Assembly (NCBI GenBank): GCA_965230895.1
Contig: OZ246394.1
Coordinates: forward strand, 633,316-697,315
Reading direction: 5' to 3'
DNA length: 64,000 nucleotides
From: an uncultured Gammaproteobacteria bacterium
GTDB lineage: Bacteria; Patescibacteriota; Microgenomatia; Levybacterales; UBA12049
Program-made: the position numbers and the translations under genes
Shown: positions 1 to 8,685 of the stretch, one piece after another
Numbering within the stretch: position 1 is the first letter of the stretch
Layout: each line of letters opens with the position of its first letter
The notes under the pieces: generated by a model
The model's database searches: none
Told to the model about the DNA's origin: nothing
The model's input: the letters and a program-made list of their open reading frames with translations, nothing else

Positions 1-84
1 GGTAGCAATCCCAGCCAATGTTGCAAAGATCGACATCACCAAAAGAAATTCAATCAATGTAAATCCTCTTTGCTCTTTTTTCAT
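1..84 (-). CDS. Type IV pilin (prepilin) N-terminal fragment; the gene runs off the window edge.
   Basis: The reverse-strand ATG at 84-82 translates to MKKEQRGFTLIEFLLVMSIFATLAGIAT. This is a canonical class III signal peptide with the G/FTLIE prepilin peptidase site and a hydrophobic N-terminal helix. It lies directly downstream of pilC/pilB. Confidence 0.6.
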   Translation of the reverse strand, partial: MKKEQRGFTLIEFLLVMSIFATLAGIAT

Positions 85-118
85 CTCTCACCTCTCATTT
101 CTCATTAGTCCATTGATG

Positions 119-1171
119 TTATCTTGCGCCCACTGAACCGATGAGTTGATATATTGGCGCGATAATCGCCATCATCATGCCTCCAATTAGAACACCGACC
201 CCGACAAGCATTATCGGTTCAATCATTGCAGTAACTGTTTTGAGTGTACTTGAGACTTGGTAATCAAGATATTCTGAAACATCAAGCATCGCTTTATCGA
301 GTGAACCACTTCTTTCACCTGCTTCGATGATCTTAATCATAATCGGAGGAATTGCTTTCTTACTATCTTTAAGCCCCTCAGACAATTTCTTCCCCCCAAA
401 GACAACAATCTTTGTATGTTTGATCGCATTCTGGATGTTCTTTTTGATAACAACATCTTGTGTTAACTCCAATGCTGTCGTGATTGGAATACCTGCCGTC
501 AAAAGTAAATACAGACTTCTGGTAAATCTCGTCAAATCGATCTGTTGAGTCAAAAGCGTAATTAAAGGCAACGACGTTAAAGCTCGGATGATTGCCATAC
601 GATTTTGTTTATAAACAAAAATTACCGAAGCAATAAGGATGACCACCACTGCGATAATGGGGATTGTGTAGTTCAGAAGTGCGTTCGATAAGAAAATCAT
701 GATTTTTGTCGGCAAAGGTAAATCTACATTTAAACGAAGAAATACTGTGGCAATTCTTGGCACGACCACAACTAAAATAACAACCATTACTAGTACGAAA
801 ACAATCATGATGAAGACAGGATAGATAAGCGCAGATTTGATTTTGTCATTAAATTCAATTTCCTTTCTGATACTCAATTTCAAATCTTCAAGCGCTGTAT
901 CCAAAGTACCTGAATCCTCTGAAGCTTTGACGATATTAACGGTTACCGGATCAAAGATCTTTGGAAATTTCTGAAAGGTCGTATACATATGCTGACCTTG
1001 AGCAAGATCAGAACGCATTTCTAAAAGGAGTTTTTTCTGACCTCCTTTAGAATCCTCAAGAAGTGATTCGACTGTTTCGAGAATTGGAATTCCAGAAGAA
1101 AGCATTGTATGTAAATTACTGACAAGGGCAATTTTATCGTTGGCAGAAAGCGTTGTGTTAAATTTTTTCAT
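119..1171 (-). CDS. pilC: Type IV pilus assembly inner-membrane platform protein PilC (GspF family).
   Basis: The 350-aa protein has two T2SSF-like cytoplasmic domains separated by TM helices, and it is adjacent to the PilB ATPase. Confidence 0.8.
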   Translation of the reverse strand: MKKFNTTLSANDKIALVSNLHTMLSSGIPILETVESLLEDSKGGQKKLLLEMRSDLAQGQHMYTTFQKFPKIFDPVTVNIVKASEDSGTLDTALEDLKLSIRKEIEFNDKIKSALIYPVFIMIVFVLVMVVILVVVVPRIATVFLRLNVDLPLPTKIMIFLSNALLNYTIPIIAVVVILIASVIFVYKQNRMAIIRALTSLPLITLLTQQIDLTRFTRSLYLLLTAGIPITTALELTQDVVIKKNIQNAIKHTKIVVFGGKKLSEGLKDSKKAIPPIMIKIIEAGERSGSLDKAMLDVSEYLDYQVSSTLKTVTAMIEPIMLVGVGVLIGGMMMAIIAPIYQLIGSVGAR

Positions 1172-1173
1172 AG

Positions 1174-2859
1174 TTAAAGCGCTTCGATCTTGGTCACACG
1201 GAGTACTTCTTCAATTGTTGTCTGACCTTGGACAACCTTGCTCAAACCATCATCAAGCATTGTTGTCATTCCATCTTCAATAGCTTTTTTAAGAATAAGA
1301 TCTGAATCATTATTCGAGGTAATGAGTTTCTTGATATCATTATTTACTTCGAGAACTTCGAACACACCTAAACGACCGGAATATCCAGTATTATGGCAGA
1401 CTTCACAACCTTTTCCTTTATAGATACGAATTTCTTTCTTTGTACCAAAATGCTTTTTAATTGCCTCTTTTGGCAAGTTCATTACTAACTGATCAGCTGT
1501 CACATCTTCTGAACCTTTACACATCTCACAAATCTTACGGACAAGTCTTTGCGCGATAATGACATTGACTGTTGAAGCAACAAGGAATGGTTCAACATTC
1601 ATATCTGTTAAACGTGGAAGCGCACCAGAGGCATCATTGGTGTGGAGCGTGGACAAAACTAAATGACCGGTAAGCGCAGCATTTACAGCAATACCAGCGG
1701 TCTCGGAATCACGAATTTCTCCGACAAGAATAACGTTTGGATCTTGGCGGAGAATTGAGCGAAGACCTGAAGCAAAAGTTAAATTAGTTTTGGTATTAGT
1801 TTGAATCTGATTAATTCCTTTTAAACGGTATTCGACAGGATCTTCGATCGTCGTGATATTCTTGTCCCGTGAATTAATAATCTTCAAAACCGAATAGATT
1901 GAGGTGGATTTACCAGAACCAGTAGGACCTGTTGAGAGAATCAAACCAAAAGATTTTTTAAATGCATTGGTCACTTTCTCCAAATCCTTTGGACTCATAC
2001 CAAGATCCGCAAGAGAAAATTGTCGAAAATGGGATGCAAGTAAACGCATAACGATCTTTTCTCCGTAAATGACTGGCAAGATAGAAACACGAAGATCCAA
2101 ATTCTCTTCTTCAAGTTCACGTCTGATCTTTCCGTCTTGTGGAGCCATATGTTCATCTGTACGCAAACTTGCCAAGACTTTAATACGAGTTGCTATTTGA
2201 TCATGGAGCTTCTTTGGCAGAGAAAGTACGTCATGCAAGATGCCGTCCACACGGAATCGAACAATAGTATTGTCTTCCTCAGGTTCGATGTGAATATCTG
2301 ACGCCCGATCCTGATATGCATATTGAATAATCAAATCGACAATCTTAGCGATCGGGACATCAATTGCAGCAGTTTTTCCGGCTGTACGAACTTGTTCTGA
2401 AACAAGTGTATCGAAGGTCTTTTGTAAGTCCCGGCGATAAAGCCACATTTTATTGAAGATGTCACGCTCAGTAGCAAGGTACGTAAAAACCTTTTGGCCT
2501 GTCTTCTTGGAGATCATTTCAGCGATGAGTGTGTTCTTCGGATCCACCATCGCTACTTTGATACCATCTTTATCTCGAGCAAATGGAATTGCTTTGTATT
2601 TACGTGCTAATCTTTCAGGGATAATGCGGAATGCTTCTTCGGGGATAGAAATTTTACCAAGAACAACAAAAGGAATTTTGAAGGCATCGGAGATGAGCAC
2701 CCCCAGATTTTCATCGGTGATAACGTCTCGCTCAATCAACGCATCTGTAAAAGAGATATCAGAATTTTTTGCGTATTCAATAACCTCATCAAGCTTCTTT
2801 TGATCTGCTATTTTGACGTTAATCAGTAATGTTTTTAATTGATCATCTGTAATCAACAT
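1174..2859 (-). CDS. pilB: Type IV pilus assembly ATPase PilB (GspE family).
   Basis: The 561-aa protein has Walker A GPTGSGKST, Asp/His boxes, a C-terminal tetracysteine motif (CEMC...CEVC), and an N-terminal GspII_E-like domain. Confidence 0.85.
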   Translation of the reverse strand: MLITDDQLKTLLINVKIADQKKLDEVIEYAKNSDISFTDALIERDVITDENLGVLISDAFKIPFVVLGKISIPEEAFRIIPERLARKYKAIPFARDKDGIKVAMVDPKNTLIAEMISKKTGQKVFTYLATERDIFNKMWLYRRDLQKTFDTLVSEQVRTAGKTAAIDVPIAKIVDLIIQYAYQDRASDIHIEPEEDNTIVRFRVDGILHDVLSLPKKLHDQIATRIKVLASLRTDEHMAPQDGKIRRELEEENLDLRVSILPVIYGEKIVMRLLASHFRQFSLADLGMSPKDLEKVTNAFKKSFGLILSTGPTGSGKSTSIYSVLKIINSRDKNITTIEDPVEYRLKGINQIQTNTKTNLTFASGLRSILRQDPNVILVGEIRDSETAGIAVNAALTGHLVLSTLHTNDASGALPRLTDMNVEPFLVASTVNVIIAQRLVRKICEMCKGSEDVTADQLVMNLPKEAIKKHFGTKKEIRIYKGKGCEVCHNTGYSGRLGVFEVLEVNNDIKKLITSNNDSDLILKKAIEDGMTTMLDDGLSKVVQGQTTIEEVLRVTKIEAL

Positions 2860-2910
2860 GGGCAGTTATACTTATTTATTGTACAGGAAAAAGGTGAAAT
2901 ACAATAGAGC

Positions 2911-3276
2911 TCAGGCCTTACTAATCTCGAGGATTTTTGAATACAATTTATCAAAATCAAAGAAGCTTTTATTCACGTATCCTTTTGCTCCAAGCATACG
3001 GGCTTTCTCGACGTCTTTCTCTTGACCTAATGTAGAGAAAACAAGTACAGGAATCTTTTCAGTCAATCCATCCCTTTTCATTGTTTCAAGCACTTCAAAT
3101 CCATCCTTTTTCGGCATGATAATGTCGAGTAAAATTAAATCTGGAGCGAAAGCAGCAATTTTTTGTAGCCCTTCTTCACCATCAGCTGCGACATCAATTT
3201 CAATGCCTTTTTCTTTTAACTTCGTGGAATAAAAACCGCGGAAGAATGTATCGTCTTCAATGAGCAGGATTTTCAT
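2911..3276 (-). CDS. Stand-alone CheY-like response regulator receiver protein.
   Basis: The 121-aa protein reads MKILLIEDD...DLILLDIIMPKKDGFEVL...K, a receiver domain with conserved DD, D and K. It sits immediately downstream of pilB. Confidence 0.8.
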   Translation of the reverse strand: MKILLIEDDTFFRGFYSTKLKEKGIEIDVAADGEEGLQKIAAFAPDLILLDIIMPKKDGFEVLETMKRDGLTEKIPVLVFSTLGQEKDVEKARMLGAKGYVNKSFFDFDKLYSKILEISKA

Positions 3277-3287
3277 GACTTTATTTA

Positions 3288-3677
3288 TTATACCTTAATA
3301 GTACTAGTGGATTGCAATTCTTCAATCTGAGCTGTTAAATCAATCTCATCATCTTGTGTTTCAAGCTGAGCAGTCGATGCTTGCATTTGTTTTACTGCTT
3401 TTACTAAGACTTGTTGGACTTCAGGCGTAATGACATAGCCTTCATCGATTTTTGCTTTAAAGATTCTTTCGATGAGTCTTGAAAGATTCCCAAGGGAATT
3501 GTATTCCATCATCAAGCTTTGACTGCCCATTGAATGAGCTGCACGATGTAATGTCTCGAGCATTTCCTGATCCTCCATGTTCAACACGGCAATCCCTTGA
3601 AGTTGATCCACATATGGCTTCGCTGACTCAAGATAGAGAGATTTATACTTTTTTTTGTCTTCAGCAGAAAGTGGCAT
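3288..3677 (-). CDS. Hpt (histidine phosphotransfer) domain protein.
   Basis: The 129-aa helical protein contains LHRAAHSMGSQSL, which matches the Hpt H-x-x-K/M-G-S signature. It is adjacent to the receiver gene. Confidence 0.5.
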   Translation of the reverse strand: MPLSAEDKKKYKSLYLESAKPYVDQLQGIAVLNMEDQEMLETLHRAAHSMGSQSLMMEYNSLGNLSRLIERIFKAKIDEGYVITPEVQQVLVKAVKQMQASTAQLETQDDEIDLTAQIEELQSTSTIKV

Positions 3678-3740
3678 AATTGGATTTAAGTATAGAGAAT
3701 CCGGAATTAAGAATCAAGAATTATGCTAGTATAAATACAT

Positions 3741-4931
3741 ATGACACCATTCATTGTTTGGCTTAAAGATGCTGATACCCATGATACATCATCGATTGGG
3801 AAAGCAGGAAAGCATATCGCGAAACTGACACAAGCAGGCTTTCCAATCCTCCCTGGATTTATCATTACATCAAACGCATATCATACCTTTCTTAAAGAGA
3901 ATAAACTTGATGTAAAAATTAAAAAACTCCTTACCACAGTAAATACAGAGCATCCTGAATCTATTTATCAGGTTGCGAAACATATCCAAGACCTTATCGC
4001 ACAGTCCAAAATTCCTGGTGATATCGCAAAGGAAGTAGAAGATTTTTATAAAAAGTTGCGGACGGAAGCTGTTTCGATTGAAGCACATACGACAGCCAAA
4101 CCATCTCATAAAGTTGCAAAATCTAAGGCGATTGATCTTGAAAGCTTAATGCAGCATGTGAAAGAATCTTGGGGACAGCACTTTGAACCAAATTATTTTT
4201 GGAAACGTCATGAACATGGACATGATCATATAGATACAGGTATGGAAGTTATAATCCAACTTGAGATACAGCCTCAAAAAACTGGCAAGCTCCATACGGT
4301 TAATGTCCATGATCATGGCAAAGGTACGATGACAATAACGGTACATCACTCCCATGCCTCAGACAGATATACACTTTCAAAGAAAAATCTTATGCTCATC
4401 CACAGAGATTTATCCCATTATGGAAAAGCTCCAAAACTTACCTATGAAGAAATATTCTCCATTGCTACACTTGGGAAACAGATTGAAAATCAGCTCTATT
4501 TCCCGCAAGAAATTACCTGGGCAATAGATAACGATACAGTTTACATTCTCGACTCCAAACCCTTCTCTTCCCTTCCAAAAGTTAAAACAGAATCGAAGAA
4601 AAAGCTTGCTGCATCACGAGGTATTTCGATCACCAAAACCATTGGCACAGGTCCAGTCACAATCATCCATCATGACAATGATTTAGATAAAAGTGCAGAG
4701 CATATCGTCGTCATTTCTTCTGTTGCAAAATCTCATGTGAATAAACTTAAACGAGCAAAAGGATTAATAACCGAAAAAGGGAAAGTACAATCTGAGGTTT
4801 CAACATTAATCAAAGCCCTTGGAATACCAACGATCTATGGAGTGAAAGATGCAACAAAGAAATTTAAAAGCGAACATGTCATAACCATACATGCTGGAAA
4901 AGGCGAAATATATATTGGTGGACTCCATTAA
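3741..4931 (+). CDS. PEP-utilizing enzyme family protein (PEP synthase / PPDK-like); it is degenerate and may be non-catalytic.
   Basis: The N-terminus matches PPDK_N (IGKAGKHIAKL...GFPILPGFIITSNAY). The middle matches the EITWAIDNDTVYILDSKPF block. The C-terminal mobile domain is present, but the phospho-carrier TSH is replaced by QSE. There is a histidine-rich insert (HEHGHDH...HDHGKG...HHSH). Confidence 0.6.
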   Translation: MTPFIVWLKDADTHDTSSIGKAGKHIAKLTQAGFPILPGFIITSNAYHTFLKENKLDVKIKKLLTTVNTEHPESIYQVAKHIQDLIAQSKIPGDIAKEVEDFYKKLRTEAVSIEAHTTAKPSHKVAKSKAIDLESLMQHVKESWGQHFEPNYFWKRHEHGHDHIDTGMEVIIQLEIQPQKTGKLHTVNVHDHGKGTMTITVHHSHASDRYTLSKKNLMLIHRDLSHYGKAPKLTYEEIFSIATLGKQIENQLYFPQEITWAIDNDTVYILDSKPFSSLPKVKTESKKKLAASRGISITKTIGTGPVTIIHHDNDLDKSAEHIVVISSVAKSHVNKLKRAKGLITEKGKVQSEVSTLIKALGIPTIYGVKDATKKFKSEHVITIHAGKGEIYIGGLH

Positions 4932-4977
4932 ACTCTTCTTGATTCTCCAAGCTTAATTTTATATACTAAATGCTGTT

Positions 4978-5601
4978 ATGGCATACCTCGTACTTGTAAG
5001 ACACGGTGAATCAGAATGGAACGCAAAAGGACTTTGGACTGGTTGGACTGACGTGAACCTCAGTGAAAATGGACGCGAAGAAGCACGCAAAGCTGGTGAA
5101 GCACTGCATGATATTCATTTTGATTATGCGTACACTTCGGCCTTAAAACGGGCACAGCAGACACTGCAAGAGATCCAAACAGTATTAGGCACAAACCTTA
5201 TCGCCACAGAAGATAAAGCGTTAAACGAACGAAGTTATGGGGATTTTACTGGTAAGAATAAGTGGGAGGTAAAAGAACAAGTTGGCGAAGAAGAATTCCA
5301 AAGACTCCGACGAAGTTGGGATTACCCACCAGCAAATGGTGAATCACTCAAAATGGTTTATGAAAGAGTTCTTCCATATTACCAAGCGGAAATTGAGCCA
5401 AAGTTAAAAGAGGGCAAAAATGTCATTATCGCAGCGCATGGAAATAGTTTGCGAGCGTTAATTAAACACCTTGAGGGTATTTCTGATGAAGAAATTACGA
5501 AGCTTGAACTCGCAACTGGGGGATTATATGTCTATCAAATTGACGCAGAAGGTAAAGTAACTTCAAAAGAAATCCGCGGTTCAAATACGAACGCCCACTA
5601 A
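4978..5601 (+). CDS. gpmA: 2,3-bisphosphoglycerate-dependent phosphoglycerate mutase.
   Basis: LVLVRHGESEWNAKGLWTGWTDVNLSENG is the histidine phosphatase RHG motif with a dPGM-type sequence. The protein is 207 aa. Confidence 0.8.
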   Translation: MAYLVLVRHGESEWNAKGLWTGWTDVNLSENGREEARKAGEALHDIHFDYAYTSALKRAQQTLQEIQTVLGTNLIATEDKALNERSYGDFTGKNKWEVKEQVGEEEFQRLRRSWDYPPANGESLKMVYERVLPYYQAEIEPKLKEGKNVIIAAHGNSLRALIKHLEGISDEEITKLELATGGLYVYQIDAEGKVTSKEIRGSNTNAH

Positions 5602-6249
5602 TTACTTCTTCCCATTCCATTCAGCGTAAAACTCCTCAAGGAAATGTTTCATAAAGATTTCACGCTCTTTTGCAATCGTCTTGGCAGTTTTCGTGTGCAT
5701 TAAGCCACGAACTAAGAATAATTTCTCGTAAAAGTGATTTATTGTTGTCCCTTTGTGGTTTTTATATTCTTCATGCGTTTTAAACTTCTGAGGTTTTAAT
5801 GAAGGATTGTACATTTCTCTTTGTTTCAAACCCCCATATGCAAATGCTCGTCCAATACCTATTGCACCAAGCGCTTCCAGACGATCCGCGTCTTGCACGA
5901 TTTTTGCTTCAATCGTTGTAGGTTGTATGGGGTTTGATCCGCCTTTGTAGGAGATTGAACGAATATCTCGGCATAATCGTTCTATATACTCGGGCTCCAA
6001 TTGCATTTTCTGCAACCAGGCACGTTCGATAGAATTATTTGTATCTTCATGAAATTTCCAATCCGCAATATCGTGAAGTAATGCAATCATTTGAAGCGAG
6101 AATAAATCAACATCTTTTTCTGATTGCGCGATTTTCAAAGAAAGCTTCAGGACTCGTTCGACATGGAACCAATCATGCCCTGTTCCTTCACCAGACATTT
6201 TGTCCTGCACATATTGTTTTGTTTGTTTGAGGATAAGCGCTTTAGTCAT
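5602..6249 (-). CDS. HD-domain metal-dependent phosphohydrolase.
   Basis: HDWFHVERV...LLHDIAD contains an H...HD motif. The protein is 215 aa. Confidence 0.7.
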   Translation of the reverse strand: MTKALILKQTKQYVQDKMSGEGTGHDWFHVERVLKLSLKIAQSEKDVDLFSLQMIALLHDIADWKFHEDTNNSIERAWLQKMQLEPEYIERLCRDIRSISYKGGSNPIQPTTIEAKIVQDADRLEALGAIGIGRAFAYGGLKQREMYNPSLKPQKFKTHEEYKNHKGTTINHFYEKLFLVRGLMHTKTAKTIAKEREIFMKHFLEEFYAEWNGKK

Positions 6250-6956
6250 TAGAGATGAAACAGAAGAACAAATTCACCCTTTGGTTCTTTTTTCTTAAAA
6301 TAAGTAATCGCTTCAGCAATCTTTCTCCGTTTTACTTCTTCATATATTTTTGTTAGTTCCCGAGCGAAGACAACTTCAATATTTCCGAAGACTTTTTCCA
6401 TATCCTGAAGCGTTTTAATTACTTTGTGCGGCGCTTCAAACATTACGACAGTAGCGTTTACTGCATCTAGACTTGTCTTAATATTTTTAAAGTAATCCAA
6501 CCGGTGTCCAGGTTTGTGCGGCGGATAACCAACGAATGTGAACTTATCAGTTGGCAAGCCAGATGCAGTTAATGCTGTCAAAACTGATGATGCACCAGGC
6601 AATGATACAACATTTACTTTCTCTTTCAGACACTCGCGAACTAATTTAAACCCAGGATCGGAGACCGCAGGCGTTCCAGCATCTGAAACAAGCGCAACAT
6701 CCTGATCGGATTTGAGTAAACTGATAATCTCAGGAATTCTCTGCAATTCGTTTTGATCATAATATGAAATAAATCGTGGTTTCTGCTTATCTTCAGGATT
6801 GTTTGAGAATTCTTGTAAAAGCTTTTCCAGAAGCATTCCTGTTCGTCGCGTATCTTCACAGGCAATAACTTGTACAGAAAAAAGGATCTTAAGCGCACGA
6901 AGTGTAATATCTGCAAGATTTCCGATCGGTGTAGGTACAATATAAAGCGTTCCCAT
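6249..6956 (-). CDS. rsmI: 16S rRNA (cytidine1402-2'-O)-methyltransferase RsmI.
   Basis: LYIVPTPIGNLADITLRALKIL...ACEDTRRTG matches tetrapyrrole-methylase-fold RsmI. Confidence 0.8.
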   Translation of the reverse strand: MGTLYIVPTPIGNLADITLRALKILFSVQVIACEDTRRTGMLLEKLLQEFSNNPEDKQKPRFISYYDQNELQRIPEIISLLKSDQDVALVSDAGTPAVSDPGFKLVRECLKEKVNVVSLPGASSVLTALTASGLPTDKFTFVGYPPHKPGHRLDYFKNIKTSLDAVNATVVMFEAPHKVIKTLQDMEKVFGNIEVVFARELTKIYEEVKRRKIAEAITYFKKKEPKGEFVLLFHL

Positions 6957-6974
6957 AGTGGGTATTATACATTA

Positions 6975-7604
6975 TTAGAGGTATCGGCGGACTAATCCTA
7001 CCATTTTCCCTTGTATTTTTACACTATTAGGGTAAATTGGTTGCATGCTCGCATTCGCTGGTTTAAGAACGACTTTTCCACCTTCCTTGTAGAATCGTTT
7101 CAATGTTGCAAGATTATCATCAACCAGCGCTACCACAATCTCACCATTAGCGGCATCATTTACTTTCTCTATGACAACATAGTCCCCGTCCAGAATCCCG
7201 TCTTCAATCATAGACTCACCTTTTACTTGCAGTACATACGCTGTCTTTGAGCCAGTCAACATTGAAGCTGAAACTTGAAATGTCGCGTTTGGATCAACAT
7301 GTGGTTCAAGTGGTCGACCTGCTGCTATATACCCCATCAAAGGCAATTCAACAGATGGTTGTACACCCATGAAAGTAGAAATGACATTTTCATCCTTAAC
7401 CTTTAAAACTCGAGCATTCCCATCTACTTTTTGGACATATCCTTTATCGACTAAATTTCGAAGAATTACGTGGATTGTGGAGACACTTCGATGTCCCGTT
7501 GCATCTGCAATTTCGCGCAAAGTTGGCGCATATGTGTGCTTATTCTGGAATTGTACGAGGAACTCCAACACTTGTCTTTCTTTTCTGTAAAGTACTCCTG
7601 GCAT
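6975..7604 (-). CDS. lexA: LexA repressor (S24 peptidase). The ORF track extends it to 7667, but the ATG at 7604 (MPGVLYRK...) is the more likely start.
   Basis: The N-terminus is a winged HTH (TLREIADATGHRSVSTIHVILRNLVDKGYV). The C-terminus has S24 motifs (GESMIEDGILDGDYVVIEK, with a catalytic Ser-Lys dyad context). It is divergent from the HD gene and uvrB. Confidence 0.8.
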   Translation of the reverse strand: MPGVLYRKERQVLEFLVQFQNKHTYAPTLREIADATGHRSVSTIHVILRNLVDKGYVQKVDGNARVLKVKDENVISTFMGVQPSVELPLMGYIAAGRPLEPHVDPNATFQVSASMLTGSKTAYVLQVKGESMIEDGILDGDYVVIEKVNDAANGEIVVALVDDNLATLKRFYKEGGKVVLKPANASMQPIYPNSVKIQGKMVGLVRRYL

Positions 7605-7658
7605 AGTAAAATCTTTTTCGTATTTATGTGAAATAAGTACGAAGAATATATAAAAAAT

Positions 7659-7674
7659 ATACGACAATTCGTAT
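7659..7674. promoter_or_regulatory. Candidate LexA operator, an imperfect palindrome ATACGA-CAAT-TCGTAT, in the lexA / HD-gene divergent promoter region.
   Basis: The site is seen directly in the sequence. There is a nearby half-site-like TACGAAG at 7639-7645. It resembles CGAAC-N4-GTTCG type SOS boxes but does not match the canonical box exactly. Confidence 0.3.
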
Positions 7675-7803
7675 ATTTTATCAATAACACTTTCTATATA
7701 CTAACTAGATCATTTTTACTATATAAAAACTCTCCAGACTTAACTCTTCCATAAAAATTAACACTATAAACCTTTTAAAATATTTGCTATACTATGTGAC
7801 CTT

Positions 7804-8631
7804 ATGACTGCAAGTTCACTACTACAACTACCTATTAGTTTGCTTAGCCACCGTGGTGAAGCTCGTCGTGTCCAAGATCTCGTAAATGTACTTCGTTTCG
7901 ATCAAGCCGAAAGAGTTATCCATAGAAATAATCTGCATATTCATATGCTTCGAGTCGGATATCTGAGTGGTGCAATCGCGCGGCATTTACGTACAAATTA
8001 CGACGTCCATGTTGACCCAGAGAAAACAACCCGGCTTGCACAATACCACGATGACCCAGAAGTAATTACAGGAGATATCCCTACACCTATTAAGTATTCT
8101 ATGAAGCCCCAAGAACGCCAAGCGTTAAAGAAAGCTGAAGAAGAGGCAGTGCATGAGCTCGCACAACGATATTTCCGCATTAATCCATGGAGAAAAAGAC
8201 AATATTTGAACGATCAACGAGATATGACGGATAAATCTTCAATGGAAGCACGTATTGTAAATATTGCAGACAAAATGGAAGGGCTTTGTGAAACTATCCA
8301 CGAGATTCGATGCGGAAATGACACTTTCGAAGAAATCCTCAATAACTACCGTGCGTTTTTCGAACCATTTATCCAGAATGAATCCCTATTTGAACTTGTA
8401 AATGCAGATTCTACATATAAAATAACCATGGAAACAATCCCGACAGTAGCTGAAGCACGAAAATTGCAAAAGATTGATGTGAGAATTTTAAAGAAAAATC
8501 CTACACAATTCTGGAATAATGTTTTTGCCGAAGAACTTCCAGAATTTTATAAACAATGGCTTCTTATTACTCGAAAGGAATTGGGACAAAAAACCCTCTT
8601 CCCAGGCTGGAAAGAACTACAGACCGTATAA
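7804..8631 (+). CDS. HD-domain hydrolase of the YfbR-like 5'-deoxynucleotidase family.
   Basis: It contains H..H...HD..E.ITGD motifs (HIHMLRV...YHDDPEVITGDIPTP). It lies between lexA and uvrB and is probably in the SOS regulon. Confidence 0.6.
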   Translation: MTASSLLQLPISLLSHRGEARRVQDLVNVLRFDQAERVIHRNNLHIHMLRVGYLSGAIARHLRTNYDVHVDPEKTTRLAQYHDDPEVITGDIPTPIKYSMKPQERQALKKAEEEAVHELAQRYFRINPWRKRQYLNDQRDMTDKSSMEARIVNIADKMEGLCETIHEIRCGNDTFEEILNNYRAFFEPFIQNESLFELVNADSTYKITMETIPTVAEARKLQKIDVRILKKNPTQFWNNVFAEELPEFYKQWLLITRKELGQKTLFPGWKELQTV

Positions 8632-8685
8632 TTCTCATCCATGTTTCGGAACAGTTGATAGAACCTTTTATGCTACAATGCTTTT

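Noticed and set aside
327-548. Many short plus- or minus-strand ORFs nested antisense within confident genes (e.g. 327-548, 2453-2803, 14481-14723, 15105-15569, 19950-20228, 42870-43349, 53666-53926, 60500-60922).
   Set aside because: They overlap well-supported conserved genes on the opposite strand or a different frame, have no motifs, and are typical AT-rich spurious ORFs.
6975-7667. The long form of lexA starting at 7667 (MSYIFYIFFVLISHKYEKDFT...).
   Set aside because: The extra 21 residues are hydrophobic, low-complexity and AT-rich-derived, and LexA homologs begin near MPGVLYRK. The operator candidate would also fall inside the coding region. The shorter form was preferred.
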